Assembly: GCA_964016885.1 (NCBI GenBank)
Contig: OZ024740.1
Coordinates: forward strand, 72,540,001-72,604,000
Reading direction: 5' to 3'
DNA length: 64,000 nucleotides
From: Eledone cirrhosa
Taxonomy: Eukaryota
The position numbers and the translations under genes were made by a program. Every line of letters begins with the position of its first letter. Positions within the stretch are counted from its first letter, which is position 1. Below are positions 29,704 through 42,986 of the stretch, piece after piece. The notes under the pieces were generated by a model, which ran no database searches, was not told where the DNA came from, and saw only the letters and a list, made by a program, of their open reading frames with translations.

Positions 29704-32127
29704 ATTTTATTTCATTTCTTTCTTCTCTGTTTAACATTGATCCTCATCATTATTGATTTATAACTATTTTTCTGTTGAAGTTAGCATGTTTCACAACTTT
29801 TCAGACTAGTCATTCTCGATCAGTTCAGTTTAGAATCAAATCTATTCATGCATGACATTGATCAGTGAATGTTACAACTGTGTCTGTCTGTCTGTCTTTC
29901 TTTTCTTTTCATTCATGACATTACACAGTTTCTTAATATATTGACAACAACGTGTTAAGGCCATCATCCTGGCCAAGCTTCTCTATTTTACTCTCTCCTC
30001 TGTGTCCTCCTTCAGCACCCTGGCTTTCATTTCCTCCTTGATCATCTTTAAGCATGTCTTTCTTGGTCATCCCCTTGCTCTACATTCTTCCACATTTATT
30101 TCCACCATTCTTTCCTTTTTAAGGTAGTGTTTTCTGGTCATATACCTTCCTGGTGTCAACTCTTTTAATCACCTCTTACTATACTTAGATAAGGTGTACT
30201 TATTCCACACTAGATACACTCAGCTGTCTCACCTCTCACTATATACAGATAGGGTACACCTATTCTATACTGGATACAGTGGGGTCAGCTCTTATTATAT
30301 AAAACTAGGGTGTACCTATTCTATACCAGATACACACAGCTGTGTTCCAGACTATGTTGAAAATAGGTTAATCCAGAAGAATGAAATATCGAAATAAAAT
30401 CAAAGATTATAATTCCAAAATATATGAGAAAGAAAGAGGTAGGGAGAGAAAGTGGGTAAATACACATTGCTGGACAGCAACTCATTGATGGACACACGCA
30501 CACACACACTATCATTGGACAACAGCTCATGGATAGATACACAGAAAGACGCACACACACTATCATCAGATATACACATGCACATACATACACCATCAGA
30601 CAACCACCCACAGATAGCTGCATGCACACAATCATTGGACAGCAGCCCATAGATGGAACACATGAACACACACAGTGATGGAGACTCTTAGAATTGATTT
30701 TCTCTTAACAATTTTGAAATAGTTCTTGAAAGACTTTCTAACTGAACTGTAGAGATTTTGTATTTAAGATTATAGTTCACAGGTACAACCTTTTGACACT
30801 TCATTCATCTATTCAATAATTACAAATCAAGCATGGCTAATATGCTGTCAAATATATTAACCCTTTACAAAACAAATTGTTTCCAATCACCTCTAGTTCA
30901 GTGATACTAAGCAGTTTATTTTAAAGTGTTTTTCATCATCATCAACATCACCGTTTAACATCTATTTTTCCATGCTACAGTGGTTAGATGAGTTGTCCTG
31001 TTGTGAATAAAGTCAAGCCAGGTGATCATGTCTTGCTCATACAGAACAGTTTCTAGTTTGGTTTCTACAACTGGATGCCCTTACTAATGCCAACCACATT
31101 TACAGCGTAGACTGGGTCCTTTTATCATAGCACCAAAATGACCACTTTACAGCATGGACTGGGTGCTTTTTATTGCTATTTATCTAAAAACCCTTCCATC
31201 GTAATTTGTTTTTGGGAACTGCTAAGTTATGCTCCAAATACCAGCTTAATAATGAGAAAATTAGTTATATAGTTATATTACTAAATTCCGCAACATTTGT
31301 CAGTTATTTTTGAAAGGATTTGAAAATGATAGGCAGTGCCTTTAATTAAAAATATAGACAACCAAGGAGTTGGGAGGTCCCTTCAGTCATGTCAAGGACA
31401 TGACAACCTCCCTAGTGTTGGTGATCTATATGATAAACATGCAGTACTTGCTGTAAAGTGGTTAATGATAGGAAGGGCATTCAGCTGTAGAGAGTCTGCA
31501 AAACAATAGGTTGGGAGGACATGACAACCATCCCTGTGCATGCAATAAAACGTAAGACTGTTCATGAGATACAGACCCTCTCCCCAGCCTGTCTGGGAGC
31601 TCAGTAGCCCTGCTCCAGTACTGACTTGGTCTGTGTAGACACGTCCAACCCATGCTAGTAGGGAAAACAGACATTAAAGGCCGATGATGATGATAATATC
31701 TTTCATTAAAAATATAATGAAAGAGTTGAGTCTTGAAACTTAAAGTTATCACCGACTAACACAGCATTTAGTATTGTCTTTATTCCATAGAGAAATTAAT
31801 TAAATAATTTAAAAAAAAATCAAAATTAAATACTATTTCTTTTTATCTGATAGTAACCAAAATTTCCTTTGTGGTGGGAACGGATATTGCTTGCATTTGA
31901 TCCACCACTGAATGGGAGGGGGCTCCTCCCCTTATTTTTAAAAATTGCTTCAGTTTTATGTATATTTTTGTTGATTTTTACAGCACCTGTGCAACAAATT
32001 ACTCTGATTTGGATATTAAATTATAGATAAATGTTTGTTGCTTTTATACTTAGGTTTCATCCAGTATTATTTTTTTTTTTACTCCTCCTCACTCTGAAAA
32101 ACTGCTGCTGTAACTTTTTTAAAGAGC

Positions 32128-32131
<4 letters not shown>

Positions 32132-32160
<29 letters not shown>

Positions 32161-32284
32161 CGCACACGCGCACGCGCACATGCACACACGCACACACACA
32201 CTATATATATACATACATATACACACACACACACATGCACACACACACATATATATATATATATACACACATGCACACATATAT

Positions 32285-32323
<39 letters not shown>

Positions 32324-32354
32324 TGCACACACATACACACATGCACACATATAT

Positions 32355-32396
<42 letters not shown>

Positions 32397-32515
32397 GCAC
32401 ACATGCACACACATACACACATGCACACATATATACACATACATATATATATACACACACACGTACATATATACATACACGGGTATATGCACATGTGTGT
32501 TTGTGTGTGTATATA
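32132..32515. repeat. Compound (CT)n/(CA)n/(TA)n microsatellite
   Basis: Direct reading. Confidence 0.95.
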
Positions 32516-33549
32516 TTTCTTGAAAATGCAGGCATCTTGGTTTTATGCTCCGTTTTATAATTTGTTCCTAACATTGTTCTCTAGATCAATGGTTTAGTGA
32601 CTGTGTGGGGAGGGGAGGGGGAGTATTGATTTCTCCCCTCCCTCCCTAGTAATCAATATAAAGAACACTAGTATTTACTGTTCACAATGTTACAAGCTAT
32701 TGGCAGTCACTCCATTGTAACGTTCTACTCAGTTTGAAAGCCATAAAGTTTTAAAAAGACCATTATTTAGCATTTTTTTTATTTCTCTCCTGATGTTTAG
32801 CATGCTCCATTGTGTTTAAATTCTTTACATTGAGAAGGTCTTTAACTTTATCTCTCTATAAATGACCAATTTTTAATTAAAATATCCCTTCCCAACCCCT
32901 GAAAGAAAAACATTTTTGGTCCTGAATTCTATATTTTAAACAATTACCCATGCATGGGTGTGTGGTTAAGAAGTTTGCTTTGCAACCATCTGGGTTTTGG
33001 TTGGATCTCACTGCATGGTAGCATGTGTGTTTACAACCCTTAAAAATGGAGCTATTATTTATGTCCTGTAACTTAGCAGTTCAACAAACAGATATTCATA
33101 AAATACGCATTAGTCTTTACAAAGCAAACAAACAAGTATTGGAGTTGATATGATGCACTAAACCCTCGAAAGTGATGTTCCAGCATGGCCAGTGTTTAAT
33201 GCCTGTTATCAGTAAAAGAATAAAAAACAACAGTTATTTTAAGACCATTTACTGTTAAAACAGGAGCTATTATTGGAGGACTCAAAACGGGTTTTATACA
33301 CATTAATGGGGTTCTTGATGGGGCAGTGTTTTACAGTGGGATGCTCTTCCCAACACTAACCTCTATAGTAATCTCTTGATATGCAACAATACATTGTATC
33401 TATTCTAAACCACATATATATAGTATTTGTGTCCTTGGTATTTTGTTAAATATCAGTGTAGTTTCTACATGTAACTTTATTCTAAACTGCATGTATTTTA
33501 TTAAATAACAGTGTATTAATGTGTTAACATTAATGAACTTCTTTTGTAG

Positions 33550-33643
33550 ATCAGCTTCAGGTATTAGAACATGTACAGAATTATCTCAAGTCTGTTCGCT
33601 ATATTGAAGAATTACAGAAGTTTGTTGAAGATGATAACTATAA
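33550..33643 (+). CDS. RalGPS: RalGPS exon ([32 protein letters not shown])
   Basis: ttttgtag acceptor, gtaagt donor, phase 1 to 2. [15 protein letters not shown] is a RalGPS signature. Missed by the ORF track. Confidence 0.95.
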
Positions 33644-33682
33644 GTAAGTTTCCTCTCCGTGATTTCTTTGTTATATATTTCA

Positions 33683-34094
33683 TAGTACTGGGTTATTAGA
33701 TTGGGACTATATATAGTATTGTGGTGTTAGATTAGGACTATATAGTACTGCAGTGTTAGATTGGGACTATATAGTACTGTGTTGTTAGATTGGAGCTATA
33801 TATAGTACTGTATTGTTAGATTGGGACTATATATAGTACTGTATTGTTAGATTGGGACTATATATAGTACTGTGTTGTTAGATTGGGACTATATATAGTA
33901 CTGTGTTGTTAGATTGGGACTATATATAGTACTGTGTTGTTAGATTGGGACTATATATAGTACTGTGTTGTTAGATTGGGACTATATATAGTACTGTGTT
34001 GTTAGATTGGGACTATATATAGTACTGTGTTGTTAGATTGGGACTATATATAGTACTGTATTGTTAGATTGGGACTACAGGGGTGTTAGACTGG
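33683..34094. repeat. 31-bp minisatellite GTACTGTGTTGTTAGATTGGGACTATATATA, about 13 units
   Basis: Near-perfect central units. Fills most of the 497-nt intron 33644-34140. Confidence 0.95.
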
Positions 34095-34140
34095 CTTTTT
34101 CTCAATATTATATGGAACCTTAAAATATTTTCTTTTTCAG

Positions 34141-34326
34141 ATTATCTCTTAAATTAGAAGCACCTAGTCAAGGCCAGTCACCTTTATCCTCTTCTCGTGA
34201 AGATGTTTCTGCGCTGCCCTCCTCCCCTGCTACAGAACCAAGGTGTTCAAACATCTTAAGTCCAGGTTCTGCTCCTCAATTGAAATTCAATCCCGGACAT
34301 CGGAAATGTAAAAGTTTAGGAGCAAA
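34141..34326 (+). CDS. RalGPS: RalGPS exon, Ser/Pro-rich linker (LSLKLEAPSQGQSP...GHRKCKSLGA)
   Basis: ctttttcag acceptor, gtaagt donor, phase 2 to 2. LSLKLE and GHRKCxSLG motifs match the family. Confidence 0.92.
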
Positions 34327-35259
34327 GTAAGTTGGACATTTTTCTTTCCTTTTTTTTTCATTAAATCACATCTTCCTATTTGTTTAGATTATTCCTGGTA
34401 TTAAATTAAATTTAAGGGGTCACTTTGTTACTCTCAACAATAACCCCTCTCTTTTCTTTTCTTCCTCTTAGTACTACTATCACCCCCACCACTACTGTTC
34501 ACTCTTAATCCCCTCCCTTGCATATTCCCACTCTTGAACACATTGTTAGAGGCACTATGAAATACACCCAGTACACTCTGTAAAGTGGTTGGCATTAGAA
34601 AGGGCATTCAGCTATAGAAACCATACCAAAACTGGAATGCAAATGAGATTTGGCCCCCAGTCAGTCAAGGATGGCAGCTGCACTAATTCAATTAAGTACT
34701 GATTTAGCCTGTAACATGTCCAACCCATGCTTTCATGGAAAAACATGGTTAATGGTGATGATGATGATGATGATGATGATGATGTCTGCTGTGGTGACAG
34801 TGACATCACCACCACTACTACTTGTAGCTGCACTCCTTATCCACACATCCATGCTTGTCTCTATTTAAGAAGTGTTTAATTAGCTGGCACAGCCAAGTCC
34901 TTTAATGAGCCAGTGGTTATTTTTGACTTGCCCCTATATCTAGGGGACATTCTATTCAGTACAAGGGACTTCTGAGCAAACCTGACTGAGTCCAACCAAC
35001 CCCAAGTAAGAAGTGATTATGATAATAAAGGTTGTTTCCCATTATTTTCTGCGGGTTCATACGGTAACTTAGCTCTCTAATAAAACACATTTTAATTAGG
35101 TATAGACATGGATATGTGGTTAACAAGTTTGGTTCACGACCATGTTGTTTTGGCTCTGTGTGGTACCTTATGTGGTATCTTGGGTAAATGTCTTTCACTA
35201 TAGCCTCGGGTTGACCAATGCCTAATATTTGAAATTTGGTAGGTGGCAACTGCAGATGG

Positions 35260-35293
<34 letters not shown>

Positions 35294-35949
35294 ACAGACG
35301 CAGGCAGAGACGCAGACGCAGAGACACTGTGTATGTTCCATAACTTAGTGGTTCATCAAAAATAAATTCCAGACTTGAAAAAAATAAGTACTGGAGGACG
35401 ATATGATGAATTAGATCCCTTCAAGGCAGTGCTCCAGTATGGTTGCAGTCTAGTAAGTGCTCGGGTTGATATGATCAACTACATTTTGTCAAGGTGGTAC
35501 CTCAGCATGACTCGAGTCTAATAACTGAAGGCAATAAAAGATATAAAAGATCTTTCTTCACTTAAGACAGTAGTCCGGACATTTCTTCATTTATGTCTTT
35601 ACTATCAGTTGGAAGAAATGGTATTGATCATAACCATATCTAGAATTGTAATAACACCAGTGATTAGATATAACAAATCCTTGACATTTTCTCTTGCTAA
35701 TCCAACATATAATTTATATTGGCAATCAGCCACATTAGCTGACATGCCTCAGCTAACACCTAATAGTTATTGAACAACTTAATTTGATTGATTGCTACAT
35801 TTTGATTAGTTTCCAGCACAGTAGAAACCTTATTCACTTGATAACAAAATTGGTGACGTTTAGCCCTTTTCATACCAATCTACCTGAAACCATTCTTGCT
35901 TCTATGATACATAACTCTTCATTTTAAAGGATTTTTCAATCATAATTCT

Positions 35950-36320
35950 TTTACACCTGTTTTTCCATACTAGCATGGGTTGTATGGGTCTTTTCCAGCA
36001 CATCTTCCATTCCATCGTGTTCCTTCATTTTCTTTGAGAGCTTCAGTGTTTTGAGATTTGTTTCTACCACCTCTGCCCAAGTCTTCCTTGGTCTTCCTCT
36101 ACTGCAGTTTCCTTCCACTGGGAACTTCTGGCACTTCTTCACCCAACAATCATCCATATGCATCACATGTCTATACCAGCACAGTCTTGCACACTCCATT
36201 TGATTCCTCTCATACCCAGTTTTTCTCTGTTCATACCATATGCACATCAATATTACATCATCCATTGAACCATGTTTGCTATTTACTCCCCAGCCTCTGC
36301 AGTATTCTCTGCACCTGTTG
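35950..36320 (-). mobile_element. Degenerate RTE LINE 3' fragment
   Basis: Translation RLCWYRHVMHM...WVKKC...GRPRKTW typical of the RTE ORF C-terminus, plus CCCATGCTAG tail. Confidence 0.8.
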
Positions 36321-36518
36321 CCTATGTTTTATTTCCCTGCATAATCGCACTTTTCACGGTAGGCAACATACAATTGGCCTTTTATTCATAAAAGGAAAAC
36401 TTTCATTGTGCATGGTCATGTTTTTACTGCTGGATGCCCATCATATCACCAACTCCTAGAGAGTCTCTCTACCCTACACCTTCCTTCTAAGATTCATTCT
36501 CCCTCCCTCCCTTGCTCG

Positions 36519-36800
<282 letters not shown>

Positions 36801-37243
36801 TTCATACCTCTGGTGGGAGACAATATATACAGGATATTAATAGCTACCAGTGGCTACTGTCTGACTTAAACCAGTAATATAAAAGTGTATAATATATATA
36901 GTTATAGTGTCACACTCTATATGTACCTATAGTCTAATTAAAGTTGATCTCCTCTTCTCTATTTCTCCCCCCCCCCCCTACACATGCGTGTATTGACTTT
37001 ATATTGATATGTTGTTATTATTGTAGATCTCTCTATGAATTTATTTTGTGTCATATTCTGGTAACTCTTGATATGATGTCACAATATTGACTACACCTGC
37101 TTGTATTGGTCAAATGGAGCAATGTAAGCCTGTGAAGCCTCTAAACCAGTGCCTAATTGCTCTGGTGCCAGTATTTACTCCCTATTTCTTTAACTGTTGC
37201 CCTCTCCTTGCTTTCCTCCTCATAGCTCCTATTTGTGTTACAG

Positions 37244-37401
37244 CTTCATGAGCTGTACTCACCCCCATGAGAAAGCATTCAGCCTACCGTCACGCACTAC
37301 TGCACCATATGTGCAAGGTATTCGACATTTGCTGGACGACAGTGTGTTAGAAGAGTCGCCGTGTGCCTCCAATGAAGGTTCCATGTCGGGCAAACTGACA
37401 G
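37244..37401 (+). CDS. RalGPS: RalGPS exon (FMSCTHPHEKAFSLPSR...RHLLDDSVLEE...GKLT); alternative in-frame acceptor gives start 37226
   Basis: RHLLDDSV motif, G|gtaaag donor, phase 2 to 1. Two in-frame AG acceptors 18 nt apart. Confidence 0.88.
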
Positions 37402-37654
37402 GTAAAGTAGTTTTCTTAAAATTGTTTTCCAAATTTGAAGAATTGAATAGCAAATTTGTCATATGCTCTATCTGTATGCTGAGTTATGCATTTTCTCTCA
37501 ATTTCTGTTTTCTGCCAGGAGTTGTGACTGACAGTATCAACAATGGAAGGACTAATGGAAACATTGTCTCTTTAGTCCAATCCTGATATTTGGCCCCTTT
37601 CCTTTCTTTTCTCTCATATATTTTCAGATGCATGGATTCCTCTGTCCCAGTGAT

Positions 37655-38285
37655 GGATAGATTGTGTAATGCCTGTGTAAAGTAAAGGGTAGATTGTGTG
37701 ATGCCTGTGTATAAAGTAAAGGGTAGATTGTGTTATACCTGTGTAAATTGAATGGTAGATTTTGTGATACCTGTGTATAAAGTGAAGGGTAGATTGTGTG
37801 ATATCTGTGTATGAAATGTGATGTAGCATGGCAGTGAAATATGGGCAGTGAATGTAGGGGATATGTGAAAGTTGGGGAGAACCTAATTGAACATCCTCTG
37901 TTGGATGTGTAATTTTAGTGTGTATGAACAGCGAAACACAGATAAGCTGAGAGAAAATCATTGCTGGATGACAAAGTGCCAAGTGTTCCAAATAGAAGGA
38001 AGTCACAGAAGAAGATAACCAAAGAAGGTGAAAAGGATGACCAAGGAAGGTGTCAGCAGAGTTGGAGAAAGAGGATGACCAAGGAAGGTGTGGGCAGAGA
38101 TGGTGATAGAGGATGACCAAGAAAGGACTGGGCAGAGGTGGTGAAAGTGAATGACTAAGGAATGTGTAGGTAAAGGTGGAGTAAGTTGATCTCAAGAGAG
38201 TGAACCTGACAAAGGAGATGACCCAAGAAAGAAACAAATGGAGAGGACATGTCTAACCCATGCTAGCATACCTAAATTATGATGA
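37655..38285 (+). mobile_element. Degenerate RTE 3' fragment with internal tandem amplifications
   Basis: AAAGGGTAGATTGTGTGATGCCTGTGTA resembles 40156-40180. GCATGGCAGTGAAA.ATGGGCA resembles the HGSETWA codons. RTE tail at 38250. Confidence 0.75.
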
Positions 38286-38322
38286 CATATATATGTAGCG
38301 CATTCATCTTCATTATTGTTTG

Positions 38323-38508
38323 GTGGATTGGCGGTATCGGTAGAGGGTCGGACACCATGCTTTGACGCATAGTTACGGCCCTTGCCATTCTGAGTTCAAA
38401 TCCCGCCGAGGTTAACTTTGCCTTTCATCCTTACAGGGTCGATAAAATAAAGTACCAGTAATGCACTGGGTAATTGCTGGCCTTGTGCCAAAAGTAGAAA
38501 CAATTATT
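38323..38508 (+). mobile_element. SINE family A, young copy with TSD ATTATTGTTT
   Basis: Intact A/B boxes and central block, flanking duplication. Confidence 0.88.
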
Positions 38509-38665
38509 GTTTTTTATGTTAATTTTTCCACACTAGTATGTGTTGGGACAAAATACTGAGATAACAACATATATAGAATTAACTGTGAAGTCTACCAGGC
38601 CTTTACTGTTGAACAATATTTGCTTTTAAACCTCAACTTCGAAGATTTTATTATTGTTCCTTTGA

Positions 38666-40799
38666 TAGGGAAGCAGAGGAAAGAAAGTTCAAGCATGTTC
38701 TACAACGTGAGGACCAAAAACGTGAGGTGTTCAGGATTGCTAGACAATGTGTCAAGGAAAACCGTGATATTGTCGGGGAGAAGTGTGTACTTAACGATGA
38801 TGGCATACTTGCCATCACTGACGCTGATAAGAGGTAGCTTGGAAGTGTCACTACGAAAGGCTTCTAAATGAGGAGAATAAATGGGAGAAAGACAGTCTCC
38901 CCCACATCGACCCAATAGAGGGACCAGCAGTGTTAGTCGAGGGGAGTATAATAAGTAAGGCAATCAAAGATATGAAGATGGGTAAGGCGGCTGGGCCTTC
39001 GGAAATAGTTGCTGAGATGCTGAAAGCCTCTGGAACGGTGGGACACACCATGGTCACCCGGATAGTAAACCAAGTCATACAGAATGGGGTTGTTCCGAAG
39101 GACTGGCGTAGCAGCATCATCATTAACTGTTACAAGGGTAAAGGAGATGCCCTAGATAGGAGTAATTATAGAGGCATTAAATTAATCGACAAGGTCATGA
39201 AGGTCACGGAAAAAGTTATAGCGCAACTAATCAGAGAGAGAATTGATCTAGATGAAATGCAGTTCGGTTTTGTGTCAGGCAAAAGTACCACAGACGCTCT
39301 TTTCATTGTACGACAACTACAGGAGAAGTACCTAGCTAAAAGTAAACCCCTATACTTAGCTTTTGTTGACTTGGAAAAAGCCTTCGACAGATTCCCCCTT
39401 TCCATTATCTGGTGGGCTCTTAGAAAACTAGGTGTTGACGAATGGCTTGTGAGAGCTATACAAGCCATGTATAAAGAAACAGTCAGCAAGGTTAGAATCA
39501 ACAACGAATATAGTGAAGAGTTTAGTGTAAAAGTTGGTGTTCATCAGGGCTCTATTCTTAGCCCCCTACTATTTATTATTGCCCTTCAGGCTATAACAGT
39601 GGAGTTCAAGACCGGCTGTCCATGGGAACTCCTATACGCAGATGATCTAACTCTCATAGCTGAATCAATGGCCGAGCTAGAGAAGAAATTCCAAACATGG
39701 AAGCATGGCCTAGAATCAAAAGGCCTTGAAATTAACCTGGCTAAGACTAAAGTTCTAGTTTCTAGGAAAGAAAATAAGGCGACGGTCCCTTCCGGGAAAT
39801 GGCCATGCTCAGTGTGTAGGAAAGGCGTAGGTAGAAACTCCATTTTATGTCCCAAATGCAAAGTATGGGTGCATAAAAGATGTAGTGGGATCACAGGTAA
39901 GCTAACTAAGAACATAGATTTTACATGTGGCCAGTGCTCTGGTGCAATAAGTAGCAGCAAGTGCCCACAAAATACTAGCTCTTTCAATTGCGCAGAGGGT
40001 TCTATAGAAATAGTGGACAGCTTCCGTTACCTGGGTGACAAAATCAGCAGTGGGGGAGGGTGCTCTGAAAGTACAGTAGCTAGTCAGAACTGGATGGAAA
40101 AAGTTCAGAGAGCTTATACCACTATTAGCCACTAAAGGGTTCTCCCTAAAAATGAAAGGCAGGTTGTATGATGCCTGCATACGAACAGCAATGTTGCATG
40201 GCAGTGAGACCTGGGCATTGTGTGCAGAGGATATACGCAGACTAGATGGTGGCTACGGAGTAGGCAGACCCAGAAAAACCTGGGACGAGCTGATAAATTC
40301 CGACCTCACACACTTACACCTCTCCAAGACAATGTCACTGGACCGAGACCTTTGGCGGTACTCAGTAATAGAGAAGACCCGCCTTACCTAAATACAAAGT
40401 AAAACCTACTACAGTCAGTAGGCATCTCTAACAAAATACACCCTCGTCCCACCACCCCCACCCCATCCACACCCCCCCTTTCAATGTAAAGTCATGTTGG
40501 TGCCGCAACATCCAGGCCGAAACAAATGAGATCGTGTAGGTGTCACGACAAAAAAACACACAGTCCATGCTGTAATGTGGCCACAGTCCATGCTGTGATG
40601 TGGCCGTGTAGGCAACACGGTAAAAACCTCCCAGCCCCACACTGTAAATGTGGTTGGTGTTAGGAAGGGCATCCAGCTGTAGAAAACTCGCCAGACAGTC
40701 CTATGTGAGCAAGACAATCACTCTTGCCTCAAGTGGGAAAACCCCCGTCCAAACCCATGCAAGCGTGGAACACGGACGTTAAACATTGATGATGATGAT
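38666..40799 (+). mobile_element. 5'-truncated RTE-clade non-LTR retrotransposon, defective
   Basis: RT ORF 38930-40135. In-family peptide upstream broken by a frameshift near 38835, second frameshift near 40085, GRPRKTW end, and 3' tail CCCATGCAAGCGTGGAACACGGACGTTAAAC(ATG)n. No endonuclease domain seen. Confidence 0.9.
38930..40135 (+). pseudogene. Reverse transcriptase with downstream C4HC3 (PHD-like) finger
   Basis: Motifs GKAAGP, NYRGI, QFGF, FVDLEKAFD, GVHQGSILSPLLF, YADD, FRYLG. Confidence 0.92.
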
Positions 40800-41005
40800 C
40801 CTTTGCAGCCCTTGCAGAAGATGATGATCTATCACTATTACAACCCTTCTAATTCTGAAGTTAGTGATGGCATTATATTACTAATTTCTCATGACATATT
40901 TTCAACTGTAGTTGTTAGGCTTGAACATTTTCAGGTAAATGTTCACTCACTTAAAACAAATTTTTTTTTATTAATGTGATAATGTATATTTCTTTGTACT
41001 TATAG

Positions 41006-41069
41006 CTTTTGATCGAGATATCACCTACACATGTCTTGAACAAGATTCTTTCTGGCCATCCATTGAAAG
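41006..41069 (+). CDS. RalGPS: Probable RalGPS linker exon (AFDRDITYTCLEQDSFWPSIE)
   Basis: tttgtacttatag acceptor, AG|gtaaat donor, open frame. Its 64 nt supply the phase 1 to 2 change needed between the flanking exons. No recognisable family motif. Confidence 0.7.
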
Positions 41070-41723
41070 GTAAATATTAGCAACTCATTCCATATTGGCT
41101 TTTGTTGGTGTAATCTAGTTTATTTTTAATAAAGACACTGCTATCATTTTCTATAGTTCTTATCACCATCGTTTAATGTCCACTTTCCCTGCTAGCAAGG
41201 ATTGGACAAGTCTTCACAGACCAAGCCTGTACGGAAGTGGATCTACTGACTTCTCAGACAGGCTGGGAGCTTGCATCGGTCCCATGTCCTACTAAGTGTA
41301 TTTTATTGTGGCACCAGCACTAGAGAAGTTGTCATGTTTTGATATCACTGAACGGCCCTTGCAATCCTTTATTTTGATTAGAAATTTCAGGAGCAATTAG
41401 AAAAAAGTCTTTTAATTGCTTTAAAAAAGCAATTAGAATCAAGTCAGTGAATTGGCAAAGTCATTAGAACATCAGAGAGAATACTTTGCAGTATTTGTTT
41501 TGGATCTTTGTGGTCTGTTCTGATCTCACCCTTGCCAATTTTGCCTTTCATCCTTTTGAGGCTGATAAAGTTTCAGTTCAGTTCTGGGTCAATCCAGCCC
41601 CTCTATCTCTAAAAAATTGGCTATGTTCAGATATGAAGAGAGATAGGCTTTGTCAGGTTTAAATACCACAGCACCGCCTTCATGACTCCATTGGGATTTA
41701 AGAGCCCTTTGATTTTGGTTGGT

Positions 41724-41941
41724 TTAACCCTTTAGCATTTACATTACTCTATATTTACTATTGTACTTTCAGAGTAAAGGCTTTACCTCACATAATATCT
41801 TACATAATATTGAATCTAGGAGATTTTGATATTATTTATTTTGAGAAAAATACCTTTACATCAGTACGAGTGGCCGGTTTGAATAGAAAGAGGTGAGAGA
41901 ATTCTAGCTGGATACGGCCAGTTTAAATGTTAAAGGGTTAA
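41724..41941. mobile_element. piggyBac-like MITE family 1 copy
   Basis: TTAA CCCTTTAGCATTTA ... TAAATGTTAAAGGG TTAA. Confidence 0.85.
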
Positions 41942-41978
41942 TAATTATATTGTACTTGAAATTAGCTGTAACATAATT

Positions 41979-42907
41979 CAAGGGTCAGCTGAAAAGTTCA
42001 TAAACTGACCAAGATACTCTCATAGAATGTGACCAAATGAGGTTTATTTTTCAATATAGTCCTCCTTGCGGTCCACACACATCTTCCATCAGTGTTGCAG
42101 TGTTTGGGTCTCATTATTGAAGAAGCTTTCATCCTGTTGATAAAAAGTCATCAAAAACAGATATGACATCACCACTGCTATACTGGGTCCAAGTCAATAT
42201 TGCCTCACAAACCCTCTGGCTTTTATTTAATGCTCCATCTCTTGCAAAGTTTTTCTTGGTCTTCCTCTTTTTCTACTATCTTCTACATTTATTTCTATTA
42301 CACCTCACACCCAGTCACTTTCATTCTTCCTCAACACATGACCCAACCATCTCCTATTTCTCTTGACAACATTCATCACTGGTTCTATTCCCATCATTCC
42401 TCTCGCTGTCACCTTCATCCTTCCTCAACACATGACCCAACCATGTCATTCTATTTCTCTTTTCAACATTCATCATTGCTTCTATTATCATCATCCTCTG
42501 CAATTCATTGTATTCCTCTCTCTCTTCCAGCAATACTCCACTCATCTACAGGACCATTTCTATTTCCATTCTTTCCACCCTTCTCTGCTGCTCCACCACT
42601 TTCATCACCCATGTCTCACTCACATAAAACATCTACTTTTCCCATTAGTTTCAGCAATATTCCTCTTATCACACTCTGTAGTGTAATAATCACTCATTCA
42701 ATTAATTACTATAGTTAATAACTGAGGGTTGGCAGAAAAGTTCATAGGCTGACTGTGAAGGAGTGATGCTAGAGCTGTGAAATCTTGCATTAATTTCAAC
42801 TCTTAGTCCACAGAATGCAGTTATTATTATGTTGAAAAACAAACCTCATTTGGTTATACCATGAGAGTATCTTAGTCGGCCTAGGAACATTTCAGTCAAC
42901 CCTCATA
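41979..42907. mobile_element. Mariner-like end (41979-42190), minus-strand RTE remnant (about 42200-42700) and mariner-like MITE (42723-42907)
   Basis: TIR AGGGTCAGCTGAAAAGTTCATA. Minus-strand WLGHVLRK peptide, locally duplicated. Confidence 0.6.
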
Positions 42908-42986
42908 CTCTCTAGTTACTGAATCTAAAGACTTTGGCTTATTTTTTTTTTTTTTTAATTTCTAATATTTTATTTCTAAATTCTAG

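Noticed and set aside
37519-37655. Extra exons after ctgccag (37518) or ttttcag (37627, DAWIPLSQ*)
   Set aside because: First lies within a dispersed repeat unit. Second hits a stop and runs into RTE-derived sequence, with no support.
39166-40180. Antisense ORFs over the RT
   Set aside because: Shadow ORFs of the retrotransposon coding strand.
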